Below are positions 37,366 through 46,907 of a DNA stretch of 64,000 bases, in pieces. Origin of the DNA: Mucilaginibacter sp. Its GTDB lineage: Bacteria > Bacteroidota > Bacteroidia > Sphingobacteriales > Sphingobacteriaceae. Numbering within the stretch: the first letter of the stretch is position 1; every line of letters begins with the position of its first letter. A model generated the notes under the pieces. That model saw only the letters and a program-made list of their open reading frames with translations. It was not told where the DNA came from and did no database searches. Made by a program: the position numbers and the translations under genes. The stretch covers positions 25,203 through 89,202 of the forward strand of contig NZ_JBGCVY010000049.1 of the NCBI RefSeq assembly GCF_041088075.1, in the 5' to 3' direction.

Positions 37366-38171
37366 TTGCTCCCTACTTTCTTCAGCTTAACGTCTTCCTC
37401 TTTCACCATGCCGTTGTTGCGCAAAATTTCGCGAGCCAGGTTGAGGTAATTGATGGTGCCTTTGCAGGTGGCATCGTGCATAATTACCGACATGCCAAAA
37501 CTCGGCGCCTCGCTTAAACGCGTGTTCCGCTGGATGATGGTGTTAAAAACCAAATTCTCAAAATGCGTCCGAACTTCTTCCACCACCTGGTTGGATAAGC
37601 GCAAACGTACATCGTACATCGTTAACAAAATACCTTCGATATCCAAGGCCGGGTTTAAGCGGTTTTGTACAATTTTGATGGTGTTGAGCAGTTTTCCCAA
37701 TCCTTCCAACGCAAAATACTCGCATTGAACCGGAATGATGACCGAATTTGCAGCCGTTAAAGCATTGATCGTGATCAAACCCAACGAAGGCGAACAATCC
37801 ACAATGATAAAATCGTACTGGTCTTTGATTTTTTCCAACACCGCTTTCATCTTGTATTCGCGGTTGGTCAGGTTGATCATCTCGATCTCCGCCCCCACCA
37901 AATCAATATGCGCCGGCAACAAATCCAGGTTTGGCGTTTCCGTTTTCTGGATCGCTTCGGCCGGTTCAATATCGTTGATGATACACTCGTAAATGCTGTT
38001 TTTGATCGTCCGCGGATCAAAACCGATACCAGATGTCGAGTTTGCCTGCGGGTCTGCATCTACCAGCAGGGTTTTATATTCTAACACCGCTAAACTTGCC
38101 GCCAGGTTTATGGAAGAAGTAGTTTTGCCTACGCCGCCTTTCTGGTTAGCCAACGCGATTATTTTACTCAT
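37362..38171 (-). CDS. parA: Chromosome partitioning ATPase ParA
   Basis: Deviant Walker A ([10 protein letters not shown]); 4-nt overlap with parB. Confidence 0.9.
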   Translation of the reverse strand: MSKIIALANQKGGVGKTTSSINLAASLAVLEYKTLLVDADPQANSTSGIGFDPRTIKNSIYECIINDIEPAEAIQKTETPNLDLLPAHIDLVGAEIEMINLTNREYKMKAVLEKIKDQYDFIIVDCSPSLGLITINALTAANSVIIPVQCEYFALEGLGKLLNTIKIVQNRLNPALDIEGILLTMYDVRLRLSNQVVEEVRTHFENLVFNTIIQRNTRLSEAPSFGMSVIMHDATCKGTINYLNLAREILRNNGMVKEEDVKLKKVGSK

Positions 38172-38215
38172 TGATAGTCCTCGATATATAAATTACAATG
38201 TAAATTTTTGTGCCA

Positions 38216-38253
38216 TAAAAGAAGTATTGTGTTCATGAAAAATGCTTCTTTTA
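38216..38253. repeat. Family-1 compact tail-to-tail hairpin upstream of parA
   Basis: TAAAAGAAGTAT at 38216-38227, a 14-nt loop, then ATGCTTCTTTTA at 38242-38253. Confidence 0.8.
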
Positions 38254-38498
38254 TGCCTGCTTTTTTACAATTTTTATTGGTGCAAGATACCTACATTTTT
38301 ACAATTTGTAAGCCTTCATGTTTCCACATCCAACCGTGTTTCTCAAAGGGTTTATGTGGATAAGTTTGCTGTAACACTACAACGTTGCAATACGGCTTTT
38401 ATCTTAACGGCCATTACTTTTTACGCTGATTTAACCAAATCGTTTAAACTATTAATTAAAAGTGCTGTTATGCAACACATACACTAAACGATAAAACT

Positions 38499-38669
38499 AT
38501 GACAAACGGCGTTTTTGAAGCAGGCGAACGGGTAATTACCAAAGATGGCGAAGGAAAAGTGAACAAAAGCCAGGAGAAAAAGGAAGACCACATTGAAGTA
38601 AAATTGGATACCGGCGAAGTTAAAACCTATCCTCCAGCCGAAGTTTCGGACGATGCCGATGCGGGATAA
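38499..38669 (+). CDS. Possible 56-aa protein
   Basis: Hand-translated as MTNGVFEAGERVITKDGEGKVNKSQEKKEDHIEVKLDTGEVKTYPPAEVSDDADAG; below the ORF-track length cutoff. Confidence 0.35.
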   Translation: MTNGVFEAGERVITKDGEGKVNKSQEKKEDHIEVKLDTGEVKTYPPAEVSDDADAG

Positions 38670-38677
38670 AACGGGAA

Positions 38678-38857
38678 ATGGAAGAAGATAAAGAAGGTAC
38701 TTTTACCACCTTGAAAGGCTACAAGCTTTTGATTTTGCTTGTTTTTTTGCTGCTGGTTTTGGGGATTGGATGCTGGCTGGTTAAAAGGCGCGCACCAAAC
38801 TCCACCGAAGTGCGCAAAGATGGCGTGCTGCGGCAGTTGGACCAACGGACGAAATAA
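38678..38857 (+). CDS. Possible 59-aa single-TM protein
   Basis: Hand-translated as MEEDKEGTFTTLKGYKLLILLVFLLLVLGIGCWLVKRR...; begins 8 nt after the previous stop. Confidence 0.35.
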   Translation: MEEDKEGTFTTLKGYKLLILLVFLLLVLGIGCWLVKRRAPNSTEVRKDGVLRQLDQRTK

Positions 38858-38922
38858 CCCTCAGCTAAAGCCTCACCCAGAGAGAGGAATTAAGAAAACC
38901 TTAACTTTATCCTGTCAGAGCC

Positions 38923-39069
38923 TGTTTAAAATTTTCCAATTTATTTTCCATGCTTCTTTTACCCTATAAAAATTAGTAAATATTTGGTTTTTAGTTTATA
39001 AAAATTGATGCCGGCACCAATTTTTATAGGGTAAAAGAAGCATTGGCATTTTTCATATAAATTTAAACA
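38923..39069. repeat. Family-1 composite element (complete)
   Basis: TGTTTAAAA outer box, L-arm 38950-38978, R-arm 39015-39043, TTTAAACA at 39062-39069. Confidence 0.9.
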
Positions 39070-39105
39070 AGCTCTTAATATTCATTCCCAAACCAATACT
39101 TGCCC

Positions 39106-39627
39106 ATGCTCACCATTATTGCCGGCACCAACCGGCCCAACAGCAGTACTTTAAAATTAGCCAATTATTACCAAAAAAAGCTGGTTGAAAAAGGTGTTGA
39201 AGCAGCAATCCTATCTTTAGAAAACTTGCCGGACAACTTGCTGAAAACCGATCTGTACGGAAAACGCAGCGAAGCCTTTAAACCTATACAAGCGCAAATT
39301 GACGCTTCCGATAAATTCATTTTTATTATTCCGGAATACAACGGCAGCTTTCCGGGCGCGTTAAAAGTTATGATGGATGCCTGCGATTTCCCTGAAAGTT
39401 TTTTTGATAAAAAAGCGGCTTTGGTTGGTATTTCTTCGGGCAAATACGGCAATATCCGCGGCGTGGACCATTTTACGGGAGTTTGCAATTACCTGAATAT
39501 GCATGTATTTTCGCTTAAACTGCATATTCCTTTTATTCGAAAAGAAATGGATGCAGAGAACAATCTGACGCAGGAAGACACGATTAAATTTACCGAAGAA
39601 CAAATGGACAGGTTTTTGAAGTTTTAG
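39106..39627 (+). CDS. NAD(P)H-dependent FMN reductase family oxidoreductase
   Basis: Motifs GTNRPNSST and IIPEYNGSFPG. Confidence 0.8.
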   Translation: MLTIIAGTNRPNSSTLKLANYYQKKLVEKGVEAAILSLENLPDNLLKTDLYGKRSEAFKPIQAQIDASDKFIFIIPEYNGSFPGALKVMMDACDFPESFFDKKAALVGISSGKYGNIRGVDHFTGVCNYLNMHVFSLKLHIPFIRKEMDAENNLTQEDTIKFTEEQMDRFLKF

Positions 39628-39890
39628 GTTGATTTGTTTTTGATGCTTCTTTTATCGCATAAAAATCATTGTCTGGTATTTTCCAATAATGTTTTGGCTA
39701 AAGCCATTCGCCGATCTGCTTTAACCACGGCCTCAAGCCATGGCAATTGAAGTTTCTGAAGTTTTAGGTTGAATTGTTTTTGATGCTTCTTTTATCGCAT
39801 AAAAACATTGGCTGTATTTGCAAAAATGTTTTGGCTAAAGCCATTTGCCGGTCTGCTTTAACCACGGCCTAAAGGCCATGGCAATTGTAG
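39612..39890. repeat. Tandem direct duplication (2 x about 140 bp); each copy carries a Family-1 L-arm and a Family-4 half
   Basis: Copy 1 is 39612-39751 and copy 2 is 39752-39890. Copy 1 starts inside the last 16 nt of CDS 39106-39627. Confidence 0.8.
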
Positions 39891-39978
39891 CAAAATTTTG
39901 GGGAAGAAATTCGGTTATTTTCATTGCCACGGCCTTTAGGCCGTGGTTAATGTCGCTTAGCATTGGCTTTAGCCAAAA
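39829..39978. repeat. Family-4 long palindrome (TTGGCTAAAGCCA / AACCACGGCCTAAAGGCC modules)
   Basis: 39858-39885 pairs with 39923-39950, and 39829-39844 pairs with 39962-39978. Confidence 0.75.
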
Positions 39979-40025
39979 TAATCAGTGCCTTTTCATCTAC
40001 AACAAAATAAACAAATCAAGACTCT

Positions 40026-40715
40026 CTACTTCCCATTAATCAATTTTGCCACTACAAATGCCGCCGCCGCTGCCAGCGCGCCAATCACCACCACTTTTAT
40101 AGCTCCAGAAAACGGTGCCTGTCCGGTAACTTTACTTTTAAAATACCCAAAAACAAACAGGCAAAGCACCGTTACCGCACACGAATAATACAACGCCACG
40201 CCGGATTCAGCAATAAAAAAATAAGGCGACAAAGGAATAATGCCACCGGCGATGTAAGACAAACCGATGGTTAAAGCACTCTGCGAGGCGCGGTTAGCTT
40301 CCGGTTTTTCCAGGCCCAATTCGTAACGCATCATAAAATCTACCCATTTATCGGTGTCTTTTGCCATTTCATCGGCCACCTCGTTTTGCAATTGCGGCGA
40401 TAAACCAAAACCGGCAAATACTTCTTTTACCTCTGTTTTTTCCTGCTCGGGCACACGGGCAACTTCGTCGTATTCGCGTTGCAGTTCCGATGCGTAATGG
40501 TCGGCTTCTGTTTTTCCGGCCAAAAATCCGCCCAAACCCATCGCGATAGAACCGGCCACAATTTCGGCAATGCCAGCGGTGATGATAATGCTGGATGAAT
40601 TGACCGCGCCGCTTAAACCGGCAGCCAAAGCAAACGGAACGGTTAAACCATCCGACATACCGATCACAATATCCCGAATGGTATCCGAACTGCGCAAATG
40701 ATGTTCGTGGTGCAT
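40026..40715 (-). CDS. VIT1/CCC1 family iron/manganese transporter
   Basis: Motifs IVIGMSDGLTVPFAL and 5 TM helices. Confidence 0.8.
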   Translation of the reverse strand: MHHEHHLRSSDTIRDIVIGMSDGLTVPFALAAGLSGAVNSSSIIITAGIAEIVAGSIAMGLGGFLAGKTEADHYASELQREYDEVARVPEQEKTEVKEVFAGFGLSPQLQNEVADEMAKDTDKWVDFMMRYELGLEKPEANRASQSALTIGLSYIAGGIIPLSPYFFIAESGVALYYSCAVTVLCLFVFGYFKSKVTGQAPFSGAIKVVVIGALAAAAAFVVAKLINGK

Positions 40716-40829
40716 CCGTCAAAAGTAGGAAGGTTTAGGCAAGGTGCCGAAAATAATTGCTATTTGGGATTGGTCTTGATTCAGGAAAATTTGATTATTT
40801 TGACTTTCTTTAGTGATAGAAAAAACGAC

Positions 40830-41381
40830 ATGAAAAATAGCTTTCTTATCCTCTTCATTGCTTTGATTGCAACCGGGTTTTATAGCTGTTCGGGAAACGG
40901 CAAAAACGCTTCAACCGATAGCACGGCGACAACATCTGCTAAACAACCGATGGATACGGCGGATACACATTTGGCAAAAGACCTTTCTATATTTTGCAAC
41001 AACCAGGTTGAAGCAGCGAAACTGGCCCAAACCAAAGCTTCAACCCAAAAGGTAAAAACTTTTGCCAAGCAAAACGAACAGCTTTACGCCCAATTAAGCA
41101 ATCATTTGAACCAAATATCAGAAAGTTACAATATCAAATTACCGGCAGAACAATCGGCAACCGCGCAAAAAAACCTGCAAGATTTAAAGGCTGTAAAAGG
41201 TTCTTCTCTTGACCATGCTTATTTGCTGCGGATGTTAAAAGATCATAACGCAACCATTCGTGAATATAATGCGGCAAAAAATATCCAATGTATCCCGTTG
41301 AAAATGTTTGTGGGCAGTAATCAGGCAGCCATTATTAAACAGGCTTATGCGATTTCGGATTTGAAGGATAAGACGCCGTAG
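40830..41381 (+). CDS. DUF4142 domain lipoprotein
   Basis: Lipobox FYSC and a DHAYLLRMLKDH-type motif. The ORF is open from 40698, but the signal peptide begins at 40830. Confidence 0.65.
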   Translation: MKNSFLILFIALIATGFYSCSGNGKNASTDSTATTSAKQPMDTADTHLAKDLSIFCNNQVEAAKLAQTKASTQKVKTFAKQNEQLYAQLSNHLNQISESYNIKLPAEQSATAQKNLQDLKAVKGSSLDHAYLLRMLKDHNATIREYNAAKNIQCIPLKMFVGSNQAAIIKQAYAISDLKDKTP

Positions 41382-41511
41382 TTAAACTTAAAGTGATTTG
41401 AATTGATGGTTTTGCTTTTTTAGATTTTGCCTGCTATCAATAAAAAGCGGTTGATTTTTATAACTTAGCTATCTGTACTCACCGATAAATAAAGAAACTT
41501 ATTTAATAATT

Positions 41512-42318
41512 ATGTTCCGATACGAAGAATATCAAATAAGGAGAGAACTATCAGTATTTATTAAAAAGCTATGGACACTAAATAACTTGAATGATTCATT
41601 ACCAGTACTTAATAAATCTGTATTGCCAAATGGCTGCTTTAACATAGCGTTTATACAAGGGCTTGGATTGCAAATTAAGCATCAAAACATAGATAAGCTC
41701 CTACCAGCAGGCGTTTATTTTTGCGGACAAATGACCGAAGCACTAAGTGTTAGCATTGAACCATTTACCAAGGCAACAATGGTTCAGCTTTACCCTTGGA
41801 CACCCGTACATTTTATATCCGCTAATTTAAGCCTTTATACCGACCAGATCGTACCCACCACTGATATGGGTTTTGTGCCTTTCAACAACCTGAAAATTGT
41901 AGAAGGTTTAACCTATTCATCAATCTGCCGTCAGGTAATAGCAGCCTTTAACCCCTTGTTAAACTTTAGTACAGCCAGCTCTTTAATTTTAAGGGGTACC
42001 CAAATGATTGTAAATACCCATGGTAATACAACTATTATAGAAGTAGCAACTACCCTAAATTGCTCGGTACGATACCTGCAAAAGTTATTTAAAACATATA
42101 TCGGTTTAACCCCTAAACAACTCGCTGTTATCATCAAGCTGCGTGATGCAGTAGATGATATTGCTTATCCTGGTAGCGACAGTGCTACGCTGACCAGGCT
42201 TGCACTGGCCAACCGGTTTTACGACCAAGCGCATTTTAACAATACCTTTCAGGCTATTGTAAAGACTTCGCCTAATAAATTTCACGTGCCTGACTATTTT
42301 TTATCATTTAAAAATTAA
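41512..42318 (+). CDS. AraC family transcriptional regulator
   Basis: C-terminal HTH_18 (VRYLQKLFKTYIGLTPKQ ... FYDQAHFNNTF). Confidence 0.8.
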   Translation: MFRYEEYQIRRELSVFIKKLWTLNNLNDSLPVLNKSVLPNGCFNIAFIQGLGLQIKHQNIDKLLPAGVYFCGQMTEALSVSIEPFTKATMVQLYPWTPVHFISANLSLYTDQIVPTTDMGFVPFNNLKIVEGLTYSSICRQVIAAFNPLLNFSTASSLILRGTQMIVNTHGNTTIIEVATTLNCSVRYLQKLFKTYIGLTPKQLAVIIKLRDAVDDIAYPGSDSATLTRLALANRFYDQAHFNNTFQAIVKTSPNKFHVPDYFLSFKN

Positions 42319-42395
42319 ACTCCCCTGTTCGCATTTTTCCAATTACCGTTTAAACAGCAATTCTACCTTTGGCAGTATATATTTCTACTGTTATT

Positions 42396-43937
42396 ATGAA
42401 CTTAGCATACACAAGCCTTATTAAGAAAAATGTTTTACCCAGTTGCAGGTTATTAAAAAAGATAGGCTATGCCGTTTTGATAGCTGTAGCTATGGTAGCC
42501 AGCACTTCCGTCCAAGCCCAGGTCAGCACGTCCTCCGCTTTGTATCAAACCTTAAAAAAGCAGGACAGCCTTTTATTTAATGTCGGCTTTAATACCTGCA
42601 ATCTGCCAACATTTGAGATGCTGGTCAGCGATAACTTCGAGTTTTACCACGACCAAGCCGGTATGATGCTTACCAAAGCCTCCTTCATTAACAGTGTAAA
42701 AAACAATGTTTGCGGACTAAATTATAAAGCAGTCAGGACGTTAGAACCAGGCAGCATGGAAGTGTACCCACTTGAAAAAAACGGAGTGTTATATGGGGCT
42801 ATTCAAAATGGCGTACACCGCTTTTATGCTATTGAAGCCGGAAAGCCTGAGTATTTTACCAGCCGTGCCAAATTTAGTAATGTATGGAAACTGGAAAGCG
42901 GCAGTTGGAAGCTGATCCGAAGTTTGAGCTATGACCATCAGGAAACAGAAGCCGGAGTACCTAAGCTTGAAGATGTAGCTGGTGTTGAAGCATGGCTAAA
43001 GCAAAATAAAGTACCGGCACTCGCGCTCGGCCTGATTAATCACGGTAAATTACAGGAGATTAAAGTTTACGGTGAACTGGACAAAGGACGGCCTGCTTCT
43101 TACAATTCCATCTTTAACGTGGCCTCTTTGACCAAAACGGTAACAACGATGTTAACTTTACGCTTAGTAACGCAAGGCAAGTGGTCCTTGGACGAACCGC
43201 TTTACAAATACTGGACAGACCCGGATGTAAAGGCTGACCCCCGTAGCAAAACACTAACAACGCGGCATATTCTTACCCAGCAAAGTGGCTTTCCAAACTG
43301 GCGCTGGCAGTTAAAAGATAAAAAGCTGGCTTTCCAGTCGAATCCGGGAACAAAATACGAATATTCAGGTGAGGGCTTTGAGTATTTGCGCAGGGCACTG
43401 GAGGCTAAGTTCCATAAACCACTAGACCAGTTAGCGGATGAACTCATTTTTAAACCTCTAAGCATGACTGACAGCCACCTTACCTGGGATGCACGGATGG
43501 ATGAATCCAGGTTTGCCGTTCCGCATGATACTAGTGGCAAAGCAATGCCTATCGAGAAAAACAAGGTTCCCAGCGCAGCCGACCAGTTGAAGACGACGAT
43601 CGCAGATTATGGAAAGTTTATGATTGCAGCAGCAAACCACGAAGGAATATCAGAAGAATTCTTTCAACAGATGATCAGCCACAATACCAAAACCAAAGAC
43701 GGCCGTTATATCGGTTTGGGCTGGTTTATTTACGACCCTTTAGGCGATGGTGAATATGCGATTTCGCATGGTGGCGATGATCCAGGCGCCCACTCCATTT
43801 GTTTTCTTTTACCTAAATCAGGGCAAGGCATTATCATCTTTACCAATTCAGAAAACGGAACCAAGCTTTATATCGATCTCATTAGAGCCTATTTAAAGGA
43901 AAAGGGACAGGCAATTCTTGATATCGAACTGAAATAG
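42396..43937 (+). CDS. Serine hydrolase (beta-lactamase/transpeptidase-like) with N-terminal SnoaL/DUF4440-like domain
   Basis: SxxK motif (SLTKT), a YSGEGF motif and a signal peptide. Confidence 0.8.
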   Translation: MNLAYTSLIKKNVLPSCRLLKKIGYAVLIAVAMVASTSVQAQVSTSSALYQTLKKQDSLLFNVGFNTCNLPTFEMLVSDNFEFYHDQAGMMLTKASFINSVKNNVCGLNYKAVRTLEPGSMEVYPLEKNGVLYGAIQNGVHRFYAIEAGKPEYFTSRAKFSNVWKLESGSWKLIRSLSYDHQETEAGVPKLEDVAGVEAWLKQNKVPALALGLINHGKLQEIKVYGELDKGRPASYNSIFNVASLTKTVTTMLTLRLVTQGKWSLDEPLYKYWTDPDVKADPRSKTLTTRHILTQQSGFPNWRWQLKDKKLAFQSNPGTKYEYSGEGFEYLRRALEAKFHKPLDQLADELIFKPLSMTDSHLTWDARMDESRFAVPHDTSGKAMPIEKNKVPSAADQLKTTIADYGKFMIAAANHEGISEEFFQQMISHNTKTKDGRYIGLGWFIYDPLGDGEYAISHGGDDPGAHSICFLLPKSGQGIIIFTNSENGTKLYIDLIRAYLKEKGQAILDIELK

Positions 43938-44102
43938 TCATTAGGCAATAGTAATGAAACAGTTGTTACGATCTGGTGATTATCCAGCTTCTAACAGTAT
44001 ATTCCTTTGTAGGTTTAACCGCTATTTATGCCTGTTAACAGTTTTCTTGTAATTTTGATCCATTAACCCACACGGTAGTAATGTGTTTGCATTTATAAAG
44101 CC

Positions 44103-44272
44103 TGTTTAAGTTTCTACAAGAAAATATGTTAATGCTTCTTTTAGCCTATAAAAATTGGTGTTTGCATCTGCGTAAACAAACACAAAACCAGGTACACACC
44201 AATTTTTACGTGGTAAAAGAAGCATTATGATCAATCCTGAACATGTTGAAGGATATGGTATAAATTTAAACA
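44103..44272. repeat. Family-1 composite element (complete)
   Basis: TGTTTAAG outer box, L-arm 44132-44160, R-arm 44197-44225, TTTAAACA at 44265-44272. Confidence 0.9.
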
Positions 44273-44301
44273 GGCGTCAGATCCTACTTCAAAACCAACC
44301 C

Positions 44302-44544
44302 CTACTTCTTAATACTATTCGCAATATAAAACTCCAGTGCCAGTTGTTTTACGCGTTCGTTTTTCTCGCCAAAAATTTCGTCGGTTGTTTTTTGTTGCAG
44401 CAAAGCCAGGATTTCTACCTGCATCTGGTAAATCATTTCTACTTTAGCGCTGTTGATGCCCAGCTCTTTGATTAAAATCGTGTTGATGTCAAATTCGCTG
44501 GCGGCACTGGTTGCTGGTGTATTTTCTCCTTCGGTTGGGTTCAT
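44302..44544 (-). CDS. Hypothetical protein
   Basis: 80-aa ORF, preferred over the antisense ORF 44227-44475. A variant Family-1 arm ends 4 nt upstream of the ATG. Confidence 0.4.
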   Translation of the reverse strand: MNPTEGENTPATSAASEFDINTILIKELGINSAKVEMIYQMQVEILALLQQKTTDEIFGEKNERVKQLALEFYIANSIKK

Positions 44545-44548
44545 GGCA

Positions 44549-44580
44549 ATGCTGTTTTTATCGGTATAAAATTGGTATTG
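44549..44580. repeat. Family-1 variant arm abutting a start codon
   Basis: ATGCTGTTTTTATCGGTATAAAATTGGTATTG, 4 nt from the minus-strand ATG at 44544. Confidence 0.7.
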
Positions 44581-44594
44581 TTTCCGGTCTGGTT

Positions 44595-45284
44595 TTACTT
44601 TTTGTAAAGGTCTCTTAACGTTTGTTTCAAAGTTTTAACAGCGGGTACGGCCGAAGGTTTTTTATTGGCAAACAAAGCTGCGGCATCATCTTCGGCACCA
44701 TAAAAAGCATCGTTGGCTTTTTGGTCAATATCCAACGAAGAACCACTTAAACTGATCCCGGCAAAAAGCCCCTTGCTGCGCGAATAAGTATAAACTTCGG
44801 ATTCCAACTTGTAATCCGTTCCGGCAGAAGAAGTTCGGCCAAGCGGACCGGCAGCCACAGAAATATCGCCGCCCAGCGTAAAACTGCTTTTTTCAATTTC
44901 TAACAAGGAAGTTTTGTTGAGGAAAACCAGCACCAGATCAACCGATTGGATACCAGCCTGGAAACCAAAACTGCCACCCGTCATGGTCAAAAAAACCGGG
45001 TTGCTCCAGGTTCCGTTGTCGTTTTTAACCATCGCGATGCCTTTTCCGCGCTTGCCGCCAATCATAAACCCTGCGTTGATGAGGCCCGGGATAATGATGA
45101 TGCCTTCTGTTTTTTGCATTAGTTGTTTGGGGATGCTTTCGCGCAGCTTGCCAAATTCCTGGATCACGCGGATGGAAGCATCGAGTTTTTGCTGCTGCTT
45201 GTCTTGCGCCTGTACCGATGTGGTAAACGAAAAAAATAGTGCTAAAAGAAGTACGCGGTGTTTTAGAGAGAGAAAAAAGTTCAT
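44595..45284 (-). CDS. SYLF (Ysc84-like, DUF500) lipid-binding domain protein
   Basis: Motifs GGSFGFQAG and signal peptide from MNFFLSL. Confidence 0.75.
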   Translation of the reverse strand: MNFFLSLKHRVLLLALFFSFTTSVQAQDKQQQKLDASIRVIQEFGKLRESIPKQLMQKTEGIIIIPGLINAGFMIGGKRGKGIAMVKNDNGTWSNPVFLTMTGGSFGFQAGIQSVDLVLVFLNKTSLLEIEKSSFTLGGDISVAAGPLGRTSSAGTDYKLESEVYTYSRSKGLFAGISLSGSSLDIDQKANDAFYGAEDDAAALFANKKPSAVPAVKTLKQTLRDLYKK

Positions 45285-45338
45285 GGTGAATAGATAATGG
45301 TTGAACAATAACACACAACCCGGCGTTTTATTGCGCGG

Positions 45339-46091
45339 CTACATTTGCGTGTACCAGTTGCGTAAACGCACATCTATTTTAGGGTTTTTATCATTCACCA
45401 ATTTTTTAAACTGCTCGATGTCGCTCAATTTATTGCCCGGCTGGCGGTAGTGGTACGGGTAAACCACGGCCGGTTTAAACGCCAGAACGGCATCGGCAGC
45501 AGGCGCAACATCCATGGTATAAGGCGGGTTCATGCAAACAAAAGCAATATCAATGTTTTTCAGGCTACGCATATCCGGCGTGCCATCGGTATCGCCGGAA
45601 ATGTAAACGCGTTTCCCGCCAAAATTCAAAACATAACCGTTGCCAACGCCTTTTTTGTGCCTGGCGGTTTCTTCGGGGATGTTGTATGCGCCAACCGCTT
45701 CGATTTTAATGTTTTTATAAGTTGAACTTTGGCCGTTTCCTAAAACCGTAACCTTGGCAAAACTTTTGTTTTTAAGCTGATCCACTACTTTTTGCGGCGC
45801 AATCAATTCTGTTTTGCTTAGGTCGAGGCTGCTTAAAGTAGCTTCGTCCAAATGGTCGCCGTGTTCGTGGGTGATGAGGATCAGATCAGGTGCTTTCATA
45901 CCTTTATACCTTTCGGCCCCGCCATAAGGATCGGCAAAAACGGTTAAACCATTCCATTGCAAAACCAAAGCGGCATGAAAAACAGGCGTGATTTCGAGGT
46001 TGCCTTTTTTTGTCGGGAAAACATCAGCCTGGGCAAAAACCGAAAAAAACGGCAGTAAAAACAGTACGGCAAAAAGAAAATGCTTCATCAC
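45339..46091 (-). CDS. MBL-fold metallo-hydrolase
   Basis: Motif HEHGDH and a signal peptide. Confidence 0.8.
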   Translation of the reverse strand: MMKHFLFAVLFLLPFFSVFAQADVFPTKKGNLEITPVFHAALVLQWNGLTVFADPYGGAERYKGMKAPDLILITHEHGDHLDEATLSSLDLSKTELIAPQKVVDQLKNKSFAKVTVLGNGQSSTYKNIKIEAVGAYNIPEETARHKKGVGNGYVLNFGGKRVYISGDTDGTPDMRSLKNIDIAFVCMNPPYTMDVAPAADAVLAFKPAVVYPYHYRQPGNKLSDIEQFKKLVNDKNPKIDVRLRNWYTQM

Positions 46092-46115
46092 GTTGTTTAA
46101 TTTTTTTTAGAGATT

Positions 46116-46218
46116 GACCTTTTATACCATCAATTGGTGTAGCTATCTAAAAAGAAAAATGGCCGAAAAAGTTTTGATACTTATCGGCCATGCTTCTTTT
46201 ATCGGTATAAATTACATT
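46116..46218. repeat. Two tandem Family-1 L-arms
   Basis: A degenerate arm ending CAATTGGTG at 46139, and an exact core at 46190-46201. Confidence 0.7.
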
Positions 46219-46493
46219 TTGGCCGGCTTGGTTTTGTTGGCTTTGTAGCGCATATCGGGTGTGCCGTCTTTTTTCATCGGTCCGGCTGCCATTGGTTTTG
46301 CGGACTGGTAGGCTTTGTAGCGTTTGTCGGGCGTGCCGTCTTTTTTCATTGGTGCGGCAGTCTGTTTGGTTGTTGCCGACCTGGAACTCATTTTTGCAGT
46401 GGTTTGGCTGGAAGTTGCTTTTGCCGGAACTTGTGCGAAACCAGCAGTTGCCATAAAAGCAAGTAACATCAAGGCGCTGAATAATTTTTTCAT
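46212..46493 (-). CDS. Small secreted protein with internal tandem repeat
   Basis: Signal peptide, then PMKKDGTPDKRYKA and GPMKKDGTPDMRYKA. Confidence 0.5.
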   Translation of the reverse strand: MKKLFSALMLLAFMATAGFAQVPAKATSSQTTAKMSSRSATTKQTAAPMKKDGTPDKRYKAYQSAKPMAAGPMKKDGTPDMRYKANKTKPAKM

Positions 46494-46649
46494 GTTGTTT
46501 TGGTTTTTAGTTTGCCTAATATACGTTTTTAATTGTTCGTTTGTGCATCACAAAAAATATCAATACTGTTTTTACCAGGTAATTTTTGGTGAAGCAATAC
46601 CTCAGCGTTTTACAAGTTTTAAAGGAATGCGTATCATTGCAAAAAATCA

Positions 46650-46722
46650 GACTTCGTAGCTCAGCTGGTAGAGCAAGTGACTCTTAATCACTGGGTCCAG
46701 GGTTCGATCCCCTGCGGGGTCA
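46650..46722 (+). tRNA. tRNA-Lys (anticodon CUU)
   Basis: 73-nt cloverleaf: GACTTCG acceptor stem, AGCTCAGCTGGTAGAGC D-arm, CT-CTT-AA anticodon loop and GGTTCGATCC T-loop. Confidence 0.9.
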
Positions 46723-46731
46723 TTAATTTGG

Positions 46732-46770
46732 GGACAAGCGTAAAAAAATTACGGCTTGTCCTTTTGTTTT
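46732..46770 (+). terminator. Intrinsic terminator after tRNA-Lys
   Basis: Stem GGACAAGC / GCTTGTCC followed by TTTTGTTTT. Confidence 0.7.
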
Positions 46771-46837
46771 AAGGCTCGTTTAAGTTAGAAATTGTTTATG
46801 GATTATGGTTCATAGATCCTGGTTCATCATATACAAA

Positions 46838-46866
46838 CACCAATTTTACAGGCATAAAAGAAGCAT
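46838..46866. repeat. Family-1 solo R-arm
   Basis: CACCAATTTTACAGGCATAAAAGAAGCAT. Confidence 0.85.
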
Positions 46867-46907
46867 TAACAATTATTTTGTAAGGATATTTATCTTGCCA
46901 CCATATT

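Noticed and set aside
38321-38363. A perfect DnaA box (TGTGGATAA, 38355-38363) and an inverted 7/9 box (GTTTCCACA, 38321-38329) upstream of parA; possible oriC
   Set aside because: One perfect 9-mer is about what chance predicts for 64 kb on both strands. There is no cluster of boxes, no AT-rich unwinding element that I could define, and no dnaA or dnaN nearby.
38242-38487. 81-aa ORF whose ATG is the ATG of a Family-1 core
   Set aside because: The composition is not protein-like, and it lies in the parA upstream region. The ATG in ATGCTTCTTTTA generates many such false starts, for example at 28616, 22426 and 44227.
44227-44475. 82-aa plus-strand ORF starting 1 nt after an R-arm
   Set aside because: It is antisense to the more protein-like ORF 44302-44544, and its sequence is rich in Leu, Phe and Gln with no domain features.
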